Part shown: one piece after another, positions 36,875 through 49,011 of the stretch
How the letters are laid out: the number at the start of each line of letters is the position of its first letter
Numbering within the stretch: the stretch's first letter is position 1
DNA from: Spirogloea muscicola
Taxonomy: Eukaryota
Reading direction: 5' to 3'
Length of the DNA: 64,000 nt
NCBI GenBank assembly: GCA_009602725.1
Contig: WELB01000018.1
Span: 352,524-416,523 of the forward strand
Notes under the pieces: generated by a model
Told to the model about the DNA's origin: nothing
Database searches by the model: none
The model's input: only the letters and a program-made list of their open reading frames with translations
Program-made: the position numbers and the translations under genes

Positions 36875-37229
36875 TAGATTGGCGGTCCCTGAGAAGGGCC
36901 CATCAGCTTGACCGTTGGCTGAATCCTGGCCCGTGCATAACGCCTACAGCCATTCAACGTGCAACGAGGGAAGCCCTTCAGAAACGGCAACTCGACCACC
37001 CAGGAGAGGGGCGGCAGCAGAAGCGGTGGCGAGGTGACTGCGGAACAAAGCGCTGGAGCCTATTCTTCATCGTCGGATAGATTCCTGGGTGTAGTGACTG
37101 GTCCAGAGAAGGCCAATCAGCTCAGCTGTCGGCTGAAACCTTGCCTGACTGACAACGTTAGAAACCGCTGTGACGGGCACTCAGAGGAAGGCGGCCCGAG
37201 CCAAGCAGTCCGCGGGGAGCAGGCTGACT

Positions 37230-37535
37230 TCAACGCAGCAGGATCTCTCACTCAGGTGTATCGCATGAGCCTGTCAGTCTCGCTGCAGCGGTCAATGGCT
37301 TGCGCGTTGCATCTGCGTGCCACTTGCGCACTGGCTGCAGCCTCTGGCTCTGGCCAGGGGACTCACTACCAAAAGACTTGTTTCTCCGACCTGCGGCTGC
37401 TCAACAGAATCTACTGAGTGCTTCGTAGCTACTTGAATCACTGTGTGCTTTAGAGCTTTCTCTGGCCCCTCAGAACTTTGTTCATTCTTTTTTCTGGGCT
37501 GGCCTCTCACAGCCACCGCCCTCTACTGGAAGCTT
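37230..37535 (+). mobile_element. 3' fragment of RLE non-LTR element
   Basis: YRMSLSVSLQRSMACALH...FSDLRLLNRIY* followed by the 3' UTR hairpin at 37496. Confidence 0.8.
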
Positions 37536-37799
37536 CATTTCTCCATGACGCTTCCAGCAGTCCGCTTGGCAAGTTTCGTCATCTTGCTGAGATCCACCCT
37601 GCGCCCGCGCCACGCTTAGGATGGGCGTTAAGCCCTGGGCAGGAGCAGCTGTTAGTGAACCTTTCGCTGGTTCCACGTGAAAATTCGTGAGGATTTGCCG
37701 TGAGCATTGTGATGCTGCATGTTGTAAGTCACACCCCATAGAATCAAAGACTTAATCCAGAAGACCAACCTTCAAATTCAGTCGGTCAAGGCTGAGGCC

Positions 37800-38290
37800 T
37801 GCTTATATCGGACTTCTTGTCAGAAAGTCGCTGATTCTGTACCAACGTCGTTGTCTTGTGTTCGAGGGCACTGCATCATTGCATGAGTCTACGCTCTTGC
37901 CTTTGTTGCTTACGACGCCAAACCTTAGCTACACAGTTGGGCTTGTTTGAAAGCTGGGCCCGACTGACTAGCAGCCTATCTTCAGACGGTCTCTCTGATG
38001 TTGGTCACTGAGCACGATCTCAAAGAAATGTTGTTTTCTGTCATGATTGGATGCAAAAGCCAACGAGCCGCCAGCACTCGCGTACGACTGCTTGTTCATC
38101 AGCTAGATCGCATCTCTCGAATTCAAATTCAGTTGAGGCCGAGGAGATTCACAAGGAGCTGCATTTGGTGGACCAAACCCAGCTTCCTGCTGGACATGCC
38201 CCTGGCAGAGTTGGTCCTGACATCATCACGCACAAGGGCAGAGCCTGCCAACATAGCCGTGATTTACAGTACAAAGAAATGCTTCAGTAG
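37800..38290 (+). mobile_element. Possible highly decayed Ty1/copia RT-RNaseH remnant
   Basis: LLTTPNLSYTVGLV resembles the copia TRPDxSYAVGLV motif; many stops; weak. Confidence 0.25.
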
Positions 38291-38804
38291 AGGGCAATGG
38301 CTGTGAATGGCCAGCCCAGAATAAGGATAAAAAAGGTTCGAAGTTCAAAGTTCGAAGGGATACTCATGGTGGCTACGGTAGAAAACGGTCCTCCCTCATC
38401 CAGCATCTGGCCCGGCTGATTGACGCGCGTCGTCGCCATAGAACAGCCCAGCTGCTAAGTTGATGTAAAACCACGCAACTCGTAGGCACCCCTCGACACC
38501 TCAGGAGGCGACTTCGGTTGGGCCATAAGCTGGCACGCGCCAGGGGTGCACTCGGGCACACTGCACGGCGGGGGAAGCATCCCCTGCAATCTAACGGTGC
38601 CGCGTGGTGGCAGCAGCATCGGCCACCGAAGCGCCCACATGGTGCCCGCGCCGGACGCCCGGTCAACGCTGGGGGAGCCGAGTCAGCCGGTATGGACCAG
38701 GGTTGCGCTGGCGAAAGTCAAAAGAAGGTCAAAGTACCTGCCTGCGACAGCTTGCTGGCCCGGGGCCCGGTTGGGACCGGCCTATCGGGAGCCAGGGGAA
38801 GAAA

Positions 38805-38946
38805 AGGGCGCGCCCAGTGAGGATAGGGGCTGGGAAAGCCAGCCCGAAAAAGAATAACAACGTACGAGAAGGGGGCCAGGGGAAGCGCTAAGAAAGACAA
38901 GCACACAAAGAAACAAAGCAGCTACGTGACACTCAGTAATCCCTGA
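38805..38946 (-). mobile_element. Isolated RLE non-LTR 3' end
   Basis: Highly similar to 43040-43190 and to the reverse complement of 23481-23625. Confidence 0.8.
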
Positions 38947-39334
38947 GGGGGGACAGCGCCAAGACGGCTGATCGTGGCGAGGACTCCACTGATCATGGCG
39001 CCTTTCGGCCCTTTGGACCTCGTTCAATTTTTCTGGGCTGGCTTTTCACAGCCCCCAGCCCCCCTTGGAAGAGCTCCACTTCTCACTGCCGCCGCACGTC
39101 GCCATCCAGAGCTGCGCCGAGGCATCACCGCGTGCACGGCGCTGGCCCACGAGGCCTTTGCTCTCGCCTCGCGGGCTGTCACTGCAAAGTGGATATTGAC
39201 GTCTTCCCAACGTTTTAGCCGCTTTTGGTGAACCGGCGCAGCTGTCGCCAGCCGTTGTTGCTTGATCCAACCGCTGAAGGTGGAAGCGTTGTGGTGGGCT
39301 GGGGCCTGCTTGTGATTGGACCCGCTTCTCTAGC

Positions 39335-42248
39335 ATGCACATGCATCTGGGCTTGTCTGCGACATTCAGCAAGGACGTATATGGCAACCGCTGCTTCACC
39401 AGCTGCAAGAGCAGCTTGCTCGTTATACTCTTCGTGCTCGATGCTGCCGCTGGCGGCGCCGATTCGGTGACGCGGGGCCACCACCCTCCCAAGGTGGAAG
39501 CTGATCGACATCACAATACACAACCTACACATGCAGTCAGTACCGGTGCACAGTACGTGGTGGCAAAGGACGGATCAGGAACACACACAAGCGTACAAGA
39601 AGCCATCAATGCAGTCCCTGCTAACAGCCCCTCGGAGGTGGTGATCGTCCTCAAGCCAGGCACGTACCGGTGAGTACGGATTTACGCTTTCTTAACGGCG
39701 AGCACGTGCAGCAACACTGCAGCATGGCCTTGCATGAACTGCACAATAAAGTGTGTTGCCTCATCTTCGACTTCGAAATTGTGCACAAGCTGACTTGACG
39801 AAATTTCTCAATAGTGGCTGTTCTCCATGTTCTCGCAGCATGTGTACTGCAATACATCCAGCACCCGGTTAACCGTTTGGCTTTTGCTCTGCAGCGAGAA
39901 GGTGCACATACCTAGTAGTACGCCTTTCATAACACTGCGGGGATCGGACGCATTTACCACCACTATTGTCTACAGTGACTGGGCCGGTATGCCCATCGGA
40001 AGTGGCAAAGTACTTGGGACATTTCTGTCCTGTACAGTGTGTGTCGATGCAGCTCATTTTACTGCTTATCAAATAACATTTCAGGTTTGGCCTGAGGAGG
40101 ATATACTTCTCACTCAATATATTGTAGATCAAAGCAAGATATCGCAACAGCTTCACCGTTGTTGGCATGGCTATGGTATCAGGAATAGTGCTTCACTTAA
40201 TCATTAGTGCTCAGTACCGCTTCATTTTCATCTTTCAAAATATGACAGGGTACTGAGACTTTCATGTTTTTTTTTTAACATTGATGAAGAACGATCACCG
40301 TCCAGCACCGCCCTCTGATAAAACTCATCAGGCAGTGGCTTTTCGCATCAGTGGAGATTTGGCTGCTTTCTACAATTGCCGTTTCCTGGGATGGCAAGAC
40401 ACTCTCAGTGATCATCAAGTATGTGTCGACTTGCAGTCCACTTGTAAGAGCGTTAGTGGGTAGAAAATAGTACTGCCATTCTGAGTTTGACAAGATTCTG
40501 CAGAAGGAAAGGATGCATGCCAAGATCAGAAGCTGGCCTCCTGCCTAACCACGTGTACCCTCTGATGGGACAATCTCAAGACCTCCGATTGACAGTGAAT
40601 TGCATGACAGGAAGATTTATCTTATATTTTGATAGTACATGCATCAGGCGCACAATAGGCCGTCTTTCTTCTATCTACTCTTAGCTGCTTGACAACGATC
40701 TAGCTTACTGATGCATTGGTGTCATCCTGGAGACCAGGGGCGTCATTACTTCCGATATTGTTACTTCGCGGGCTCTGTCGACTTCATCTTCGGAAATGGC
40801 ACGAGTATATACGAGGTTCGTATATGCCATGTGAACAGCCAACAAGCTTGAGGTGCTCTGCTGTTACTGCTGATTTCATAGACTTAAGTTACTATTGCCT
40901 TTGAGTAGGCAATAGTAAGTCTTCTAGAAGCCACTTTGACGTTCTTAGAAGTCAGCTGGGGGCTGCACTTATGCTGCACCTGAGTAGATTTTTATCCGCT
41001 AAGTGCATCTGTCTAATGCCAAGTTGCACAGCTACTACTAGCTCACTCCAATGAATGGCTGCACCGTGATGGTGATGGTTTGGCCGCCTAGTAGGCCTCA
41101 CTTGAGAATGTGATGAAGGTCGTAGCGCATATACAGACAGTTGCAGAGAACATCCAAAGGCGCTCTACAGAACACAATACTGAGCCTGAAATTGCATGCT
41201 TCTGAATTTAGTCAGGCATGTGTGCACTACATTGCGATTCTGCCTTCACTCATGAGTGTGTGCAGTACATTATGCAGGAATGCACGCTGTATGCCCGAGC
41301 ACAGGGTGCCTACACTGCTCAAGCTCGGAGTGCCCTCTCACAAGCGACAGGCTTCGTCTTCCTCCGCTGCAATGTCACAGGAGTCTCGCAGGTTCCATCA
41401 TGACTTTTCAAAAATTTCTATGTCCCTGCTGTTGTTTAAACAGAAGGTCTGATTTTGCACGTAAATGAGCCAGCAAGCAGACAGCAACAGGCAAGGCGCC
41501 ACACATGGTGAGGGGATCATAGCGTGCTGAGAAGCTGTGCGATCAAGGTCTTCCTTAGGGATCTGACAATCATCTGCCATGCCTGTCATTGTTGCATGAA
41601 ATTGGACTCACTGTGCACCATGCCTGCTCTACTTGCAGGCACTTCTGGGGAGGGCATGGGGTGCTGCAGCACGTATCATCTTTGCCTATTCGTTTTTAGA
41701 CGACACAATTGCTTCAGGAACCTGGGGAACAGTTGGTTTGCGTGTCAAACAGGCGAAGTCGTCGACGATGATCAAGGTTTGGTAATTCCATACTTTGGTG
41801 CTGAGGCAGCAAAAGTATTGACTGTCACTGTTAAGCATGCGTCCAGCTTTCCAGGTATTCATATAATCAAGCACTGGTGTTGCCTGTCCTATGTGCAAGT
41901 TTGGTCATCTAAGAGTGCAGCATTAATTTCAGCTTTTAAATTTCAGCTTTGCAGCTGTTTGCCAAATAAGAAACAGGCCACTGCTGATCCCCTTCTCCTC
42001 TCATTGGCACGCAGCATGCGTGCTGGGGGCCTGGAGCTGTCAATGTGGACAACATGATCGGAACATATCAGAAACCTGCAGAACTTAGTAACTTGATGTC
42101 TTATTCTTTCGTTGATGCCTCGCTTTGGCTCACCTTTGACACAAGCAGTGGCGCCAAGAATGCCTACCCATTGCCACCATCAACCAACTATACAAGGCCT
42201 CCAGCGTCTTTACAGGTTCCCCTTGCTCCCGTGTCTATGGTCATCTAG
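39335..42248 (+). CDS. Pectin methylesterase (CE8), second paralog, 7 exons
   Basis: [50 protein letters not shown]...[17 protein letters not shown]. Same intron positions as PME-1 in the catalytic domain. Confidence 0.93.
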
Positions 42249-43039
42249 CTAGCCCGCTCCTACTGTCAAGGGACACAATGCATGATACAGTGATTTACTG
42301 GTGCTTTCATCAGGTCATTATTTGAAAGGATATTCTTACTAGAGACTGTAAAGAAATTATTGTCATCAGCTTTTGCTTGTCATTCTTACATGTTCACGCG
42401 CATTGACTTCTCATTTTTGTGTAAGCCATACGTTTGCTTACATTGGCTACTATGCAGTAAATATTATTTGTCCAAGTGGATGATGGCAAAATGACGTTGT
42501 CTGAGAAAGGCACCCACCTGCCTGCAAAACAGCACCTTATTTTGCCGCCTGCCTGCATGCTCGTATAAGGTGATCTAAAGAGATTATCTCGCATTTTGTC
42601 AACTAATGTAGTCTTGGACTTCGAGGAACGTTGAGTGGACTACTCCAATTGCAGGCTCTGCAAGAGCCGTTGTCTTCACTGTCAAAGAGACGGGGTGTGT
42701 ACCTGACAAGAGTAGCCCATGTTTGTAGTACTGAGGACGGGGGCACCTCTTGCAAGTAATTCAGGACTGATGACCATCAACACTGGCTGGACAAGGCTCG
42801 TCAGTGACTTCTGACGGGCATTGATGGGTAGTCAACGAGGGAACGTCGGTATGTTGGTGGTGGCCGACCGATGAAATGTCACTGATAGACCGTCGTTAGC
42901 CGCCGACAGGTCATGACAGATCGTTGACGGGAAGCTGTCGGTGCCATACATCTCACACGGCCGGTAGGGCAAGAATGTGGGAGACCTGCAGTCTTCGGGC
43001 TATGAAGGGGGAGTCTGAGATGAAAGAAAAAAGAAGAAA

Positions 43040-43260
43040 GGGCTCGCCCATTGAGGAGAGGGGCTGGAAAAGCCAGCCCAAAAAAGAATGTGCAAAGTAC
43101 GAGAAGGGGGCCCAGGGGAAGCGCTAAGAAAAACAAGCACACAGAGAAACAAAGCAGCTACGAATCACACTCAGTAATCCCTGCTAAGCAGCCGCAGATC
43201 AGAGGTGCTAGGCTCCTGAAAAGGGTGGCACTTTTGCACCCACCTCGGACCCCTGGACAT
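43040..43260 (-). mobile_element. RLE non-LTR 3' end
   Basis: ...STSDLRLLSRDY* (stop 43171), then 3' UTR with GGGCTGGCTTTTCCAGCCC hairpin. Confidence 0.8.
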
Positions 43261-43979
43261 TGCTCCTGCCGATTCGTTGCTTAATGACCGACCGTTGCAG
43301 CCCCCATCCCAATCCTGTCCGACTTTCCTGCTCGGCGGGCAGCCTGGGTTTGGCGATCCGCCCGCATTTTTGGTACAGTGTTGTCCTAGAAGAAGTCCTA
43401 GAGGCAAGCACTGGGGAACACTCCAGTGGTTTGGAGGTCGTGGGGCACAACGAAGCCGCCGAAGGTGAGGCGGCCGTCTGCCTTGGCGAGGCGGTGCCGT
43501 GCGGAGGGCGCCACTGGGAAAATGCGTGTATATTAAGAGATGGGGAGGCCATGTGTGGCCAAGTACAAAGGCAAGCACATTGGACAAATGTACGTCACCT
43601 GCTGCAGGAAAGGGGCGGGAAGCCGTCAGGCGGTGGTTTCAGCCAGCTGGGTGCAGCAGCTAGCTGCCTTGACGTGCCCGTTGCGCAAGCGGACGTCTCG
43701 CTTCGAACGGGGAACACGTCTCCCAGAGCTAGTAGCGGTGGCCCTACGCCTATCCCTCCCGTCTCCAGAGCCTCCCCCCGCCCAGTGGCAAACGACTGAT
43801 ACTAGCGGTGTTTTTGCCCCTCTGAGCCCAGTGCTTCAATCTATTCGTTTTTGGCCCCATTTGGCCCTGAACAGCGCGTACTTGCTCGGCTCGGCCTCCC
43901 TAACCATATTAAGCGCACCGCGCGCCATCTCGTTTGTGGTACCAGCTGCCTGGTCAGCCGCTCCCCGCCTCGCCACCCG

Positions 43980-44010
<31 letters not shown>

Positions 44011-44405
44011 TCGCGGGTCCCGACGCGCCCTGCGACGTGCTTCTGAGGCTCGGCGGCGCGACGCCTCGTCGGCGCTCACACCGTTGGCGCTGGGCCGCTT
44101 CTGCCCTCGTTGGCTCGGCGGAGCACTGAGCTTTGGCCCTCTCGCGGCACCTCGGCTGACAAACCCGCCTGCGGCGGCAGCAGGCTGCGGACTTGCAGCC
44201 TGCGGTGATGACGGCCGCGGCGGCAGCTTACACGTAGGTCCGGTTAGTGCCAGCGCACGGGACTCGGGTGGGCGTCGATCAGAGAGGCCTGGGCGCAAGT
44301 GAGGGGCACTTGCAAGAGACGCTGCACGGGGAGCATGAGAGCAGGGCCACCGGCGGTGGCAGTGGCGGCGTCGGCGGCTACAGCGACGGCGCCGAAGTCG
44401 ACACA

Positions 44406-45752
44406 ATGATTCTGCCCTTTGCGAAGCTTGGGACACTGTTACTGCGAACCTTGAGCAAGCCGCTGGCCACGCAGGTGAAGCGCCGCGCTGCTAGCCATCC
44501 CAAGTTCCGGGAAGCCATCGTCAACTTCGCGCAGGCACGTCAAGGCCCCTCCCCTTGGCTTGCTCCCACTCGTCTTCAATACTACAGCCATGCGACTCTA
44601 CAAGTTGGCAACTCAACTCAGGCCTGGCACCTCATTGTTTGGATGAAGCTGAGTTGAAGCAACAAGGGAACGTGCTGAACAGAGGGGCCACATTCAATGG
44701 GCCTCTAGTGCCTCTTGAGTGCTTGTGATTTGGCTTTTGTTTGAGCCTTGGCACCGCTGACCAGTAATTGCGTACATACTGTCTCGTCATGATACCTGCG
44801 TGCATGGCAGCAACTTAGATCTTCTTATGGCATGGTGGTTTTTCTGCTCATACCTAGGCAATTGCACACTCTGCACACTTGCACGCCCTAATATTTCAGT
44901 AAGTTGATCTTTTGTGCACCTGCAGGGTTATCACAAGCTTAATGTCAGCTTGCAAAGGCAGCTCTATGGCGTGACATCCGACATAGCAGTCAAGCCCCTG
45001 AACGAGGAAGCGGCTGTGTCCACTGCCGCAGACCTAGTTGGAGAGCTGATTATCTTCTCGGTATTGCACCATGCCCAGCCAGGTTCATTTTGCAAAAGTG
45101 GCAGAGCATATCTGCTCAAGCAGATGTGTTGAATCTGAAGGGATTTAGGATGCAAATTGCTAGGGCAACATGTTGGAGTGGGCAGGCTATGCTGACCTAG
45201 GAGGATAGCACACCCGCTAGCCTCTCTCCACAATGCATTCTCAACACGTCTGCATATATCTGCACCTTGGCGTGCACTCACAGGTGGGGACGAGCGTGGT
45301 CATATTTGAAGTCTCAAGAAGTGCCATCTCTGAGTCAAGAAAAGAGGAGGCTCGCCGACAAGAGCGTGAGGTGTGCGCAATGATGTGCTAAGTGCAAGTT
45401 TCATATTAGCTGCAAAAGAAGAATAGTGGTTACAATAGGTCCCAGTCCTGTCTAAGAACCAGTTTCCATCAAGACACACAACACACTATCACACATTCAG
45501 TGATTTGAGAAGCGACGTCATTGCATCCTTCAAATGCAGGCATTGAAAGCCAAGGATGCAGAGCTGGAGCGGCAGGTGGCAACATTGAAGCAGCGCATGG
45601 AGGCCATCGAGACCTCCTTGAAGGGCCGGGGTTTATCTGGGTGGTTGCACTTACCTGGCACCAACCCCAGTGCCAGCAGCAGCGGAGCACCTGACTTCAA
45701 CCCTCAGCAAGACAATGCTGCTGCCCAAGCAAAAGCCAATACGTCCTTTTGA
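44406..45752 (+). CDS. OPA3: OPA3-like mitochondrial protein, 4 exons
   Basis: MILPFAKLGTLLLRTLSKPLA, KPLNEEAAVSTAADLVGELIIFS|VG, FEVSRS...KEEARRQE, coiled-coil tail. Confidence 0.9.
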
Positions 45753-46204
45753 TGGTTCTTGACTTTAAGACGTGGTCAGCTGAGGGTCAGTGGAATGCAA
45801 CATTCTACACCTTTGCTGCACAAGCCATGACTTGTGCGCGTCCATTCTACAATGAACTGTATTGGAATGTAAAGAATTTATTGGTCAAGCGGCTCATGAA
45901 GCCAGCACCTTTACTGCATATGGCAAAGGTTCTGTAATCTGTACCGCTCCTCCAAATGGAACCTATAGTCTGCAACTTCAGCCTCATATGATGGATGAAG
46001 AAGTCACACACTTTACATATGCACACTGCACTTTGAGCATAACAGCTTGGCAGTGTAATGTGCCCTAGGTGTCAGATGATTAGAGCAAGCGCTTACTATG
46101 TTGGGCAGAACGGTTGTGAAGGCTATCGAAGTGGGTAGATATTGGTAGATGGTGCACTTGACAAGGTACGTCTCCGGACAAGGACCTCAGCAACCTCAAG
46201 TGGG

Positions 46205-46237
<33 letters not shown>

Positions 46238-46238
<1 letters not shown>

Positions 46239-48606
46239 GCGGAGTGGGTGCGCGGCAGTCGGCTCAAGATTGTCTAGAAGCGGAGGTGTCTTCTATAACA
46301 AGCGAAACGGCGCGAGGTGTCTTTGATGGGCGGAGAGCCGACTCGATCGAGCCAAGTAAGCGGCGATTGCCAGGGAAGCAGCCAACGGTTTGCGGCGACC
46401 TGGGCAACCAGAGTCGACAGAATGGGGAGTCCACCGTCAGTGTGCGGGGTGGCGGGAGTCAACGGGGTCGCGACCCTGCCCGCCCGCGGCCGCAGCCCGC
46501 CTCCACACGCTGGTGGGGTATATACACCCGGCCGCCCCCGGCTGGACCCGGCTACCGGGTCAAAGAAAGAAAGAAGTGGCACTCCCAATGGGGGCAAGGA
46601 CTACGACATCAGCCAGGGGAAAACGTTTAGCAGCTACGAAGGGGCCTGAAGAAGCTATGGCAGAACGGGGGGAGGATGGACCACTCAGTAGTTACGAGTG
46701 AGGTCAACGGGGCGCCTTGGGCCCGCTTAGCCGGCCCCCCTACCTGGAAAAAATGAATGCGGCTGCTGATATGAAAGAATCGGCTGTGAAATGCCAGCCA
46801 GATGCATACAGGTGTTCATGACGGAGCCAAAGGCTAGGCAGACAGGGCGCCCTCAATACCCCCGTGTCAGCAGTAGGAAGTCAGATGAGCTGAGGGGAGG
46901 AAGAGCAACCCCGCTGCGCAAGCCAGAGGCTGCTGCAAGGTCGCGACCAGCGCGGCGGTGCAAAGCAAGCGCTTGGGAGCGCTGCAGGGACATAGACAAT
47001 CGCATACGGTAGCAGGACACCAGACTCAAAGGCACCGAGCCACCGGGAAGGGCAGCACCCTGCTCCCGGCGCCGCTGGTCAGCTTGAGAGGCCAGCAGCG
47101 AAAGTAACGAGGACCACCGACCCCCGTAACACCCATGGATGTCCATGGCCAGGGGGTAAAAGGTATCACCCGCCGGGTGGTCCTTGTACTTGTGCAGCTT
47201 CTTCCGTTCGGCTACCTTCACAGCGTAGCCGGTCTCAGAAGTAATGGGGCCCTTCGTCCGGAAGGGAGAGAAGGCGCGCGGGGCGCATGAATTGAAAGGG
47301 AGGCCAATTCAAGCCAATACAAGCCGGAAGCTGTCGGTGAGGACAACGTCCATAAGGAGCCGCTTGCCACCTCCCAGGGGGACGCCGACCAGATCGACAC
47401 GCCTCGTCCGAGGGACCCCATTGCGGAGGAGGATGGGCATCACCCCAGTGCTCTCCAACGCCACTTGATAACCTGCCTCCTTGAAGATGCCATACATGGC
47501 GTCACGTAGGAGGTTGTGGGAGCCCGTGCGCTTACTGCCTTTGGCACACCTGAGCATGTGGTTACCCATGAGCAATGCATCATGCTCAATAAGCCCACAT
47601 TCACATTGGGTCACCCCTGCCAAGCACAGGGATGGCAAGCCAAGACGGCGGCGCATAGCATCGCAAAAGAAAGCATTCTCCATCTGCAAGCCCGCATGCA
47701 AAGGCAAAGCGCGGAGCCACTCAGACGCTCCCAGAGACGAAACAGATAGGAGCCGAGCCTGGCCTCGAGCATCTCCTTGGAGGAGACTCCGGTGATGCTC
47801 CAGTGGTTGCTCGTCTGCAGCACGGGTAAACCGCGATTGAGCCTTGACATCAGAAACGTCAGCGCAGGCAGCAAAACTAACAGGCTCAATTACCAGAGGC
47901 GGGTATGCGGCAAAGAGGTCCTGTTGGCATGCTTTGAGAGTCACTTGGAAAGGCAGACTCCCCTGAACCACGGTACTGATGTGAGGCGCCAACACACGTT
48001 GTTGCCCAAGGAGGAATCGTCCAGATATGGACGAAGCCACCTGGGCCCAGCAGCCAAGGTACGCTGGTCTGCACAAGCGGACCAAGGGGCGACAACCAAG
48101 CCCACCGAGACGGATGGGCAGCGTACATTGCACCAGTGCTACTGGGGACTGCTCTAGGAGTGGGTGAGCAATCATGTCAGTTAGGCATCGTTGGAGCTTG
48201 ACATCTATGGATGCATAGACTCCATCCATGGTAATCGAAGGTAGGACCGTTCTTAAGAGGTAACACGGCCGCTGTGCCACACTCCTGGTCAAAATGGCCA
48301 CTGCCAACTGAGAGTCCCCGAGGGTGGGGAGCTCTGGCAGGACCTGCATATATCCTTGGAGACGAGCAAGGACAGCACCCTCCAAGAAAGACGGGTCCCC
48401 TACAGGCACTCCCAAGATCTTCAAACCGCCCTCTGGTGTCTGACAAGATGTAGGCAACGAGGGAAGGAGGGACCAGGCAGAGCACTTGGCAGTACTTAAC
48501 CCAAGCCCGATGAGCTGGAGCTGGTGTTGAAGCGTGCCAAAAGCTCGCAGCACCTCCTCTGGGGGGCCGAGGAGCGTAATATCATCCGCGTAACTCGGGA
48601 GGAGAA
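46238..48606 (-). mobile_element. 5'-truncated RLE-type (CRE-like) non-LTR retrotransposon: RT C-terminus, zinc knuckle, restriction-like endonuclease, 3' UTR
   Basis: SYADD, GLKILGVPVG, QCTLPIRLGGLG, CECG...HMLRC, RRVDL...MDVVLT...AERKK...LAMDIHG, stop at 46853. Interrupted only by a 66-bp insert. Confidence 0.92.
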
Positions 48607-48669
48607 CGGGGGGGGGGGGGGAGCGCCCCGACGGGGCTACCGTGCCCAGGCCCCCGCCATTTGTAAAGC

Positions 48670-48830
48670 CCCAATGGCGAGAGAAGGCGCGCGGTGCGCA
48701 TGAAGTGAAAGGGAGGCCAATCCAAGATAAGACATTGTGACGGGCAGAGTGTAGCGCATTACACCAAGGAAGCCCCATGCTAAAAAAGCGGAGGGCTTTG
48801 GAAAAGCCAGCCCCAAAAGAGCGGACCAGG
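48670..48830 (-). mobile_element. RLE non-LTR 3' UTR fragment containing hairpin and terminal motif
   Basis: Minus strand GGGGCTGGCTTTTCCAAAGCCC ... TTGGCCTCCCTTTCACTTCATGCGCACCGCGCGCCTTCTCTC; the terminal motif recurs at ~6441, ~7780 and 47265. Confidence 0.7.
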
Positions 48831-49011
48831 CCCTCGATGCCCGTTCCGCGCCAGGCCCCTCGTGGCAAGGCAAGACCCCCGTGCCCACTCCCACGGTACA
48901 GATCGACCCGGCCTCTGCCTGCCTGCTGATCGTGGTGGCTGCCCCGCCCCGCCACGGGCGCGGCGGCGGCGAGCTCGCCGCCGCGGGCAGCCTCGGTGCG
49001 CCGCTGCGACC

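Noticed and set aside
42600..43000. Possible copia RT remnant (KETGCVPDKSSPCL)
   Set aside because: Single weak motif, not supportable.
38805..43190. Direct repeats as LTRs of an LTR retrotransposon
   Set aside because: No TG..CA termini, PBS or gag-pol; the repeats are LINE 3' ends.
48607..48955. N-terminal 115 aa of the 548-aa ORF
   Set aside because: Fortuitous read-through of a poly-C run and another element's UTR; RT homology starts at ~48606.
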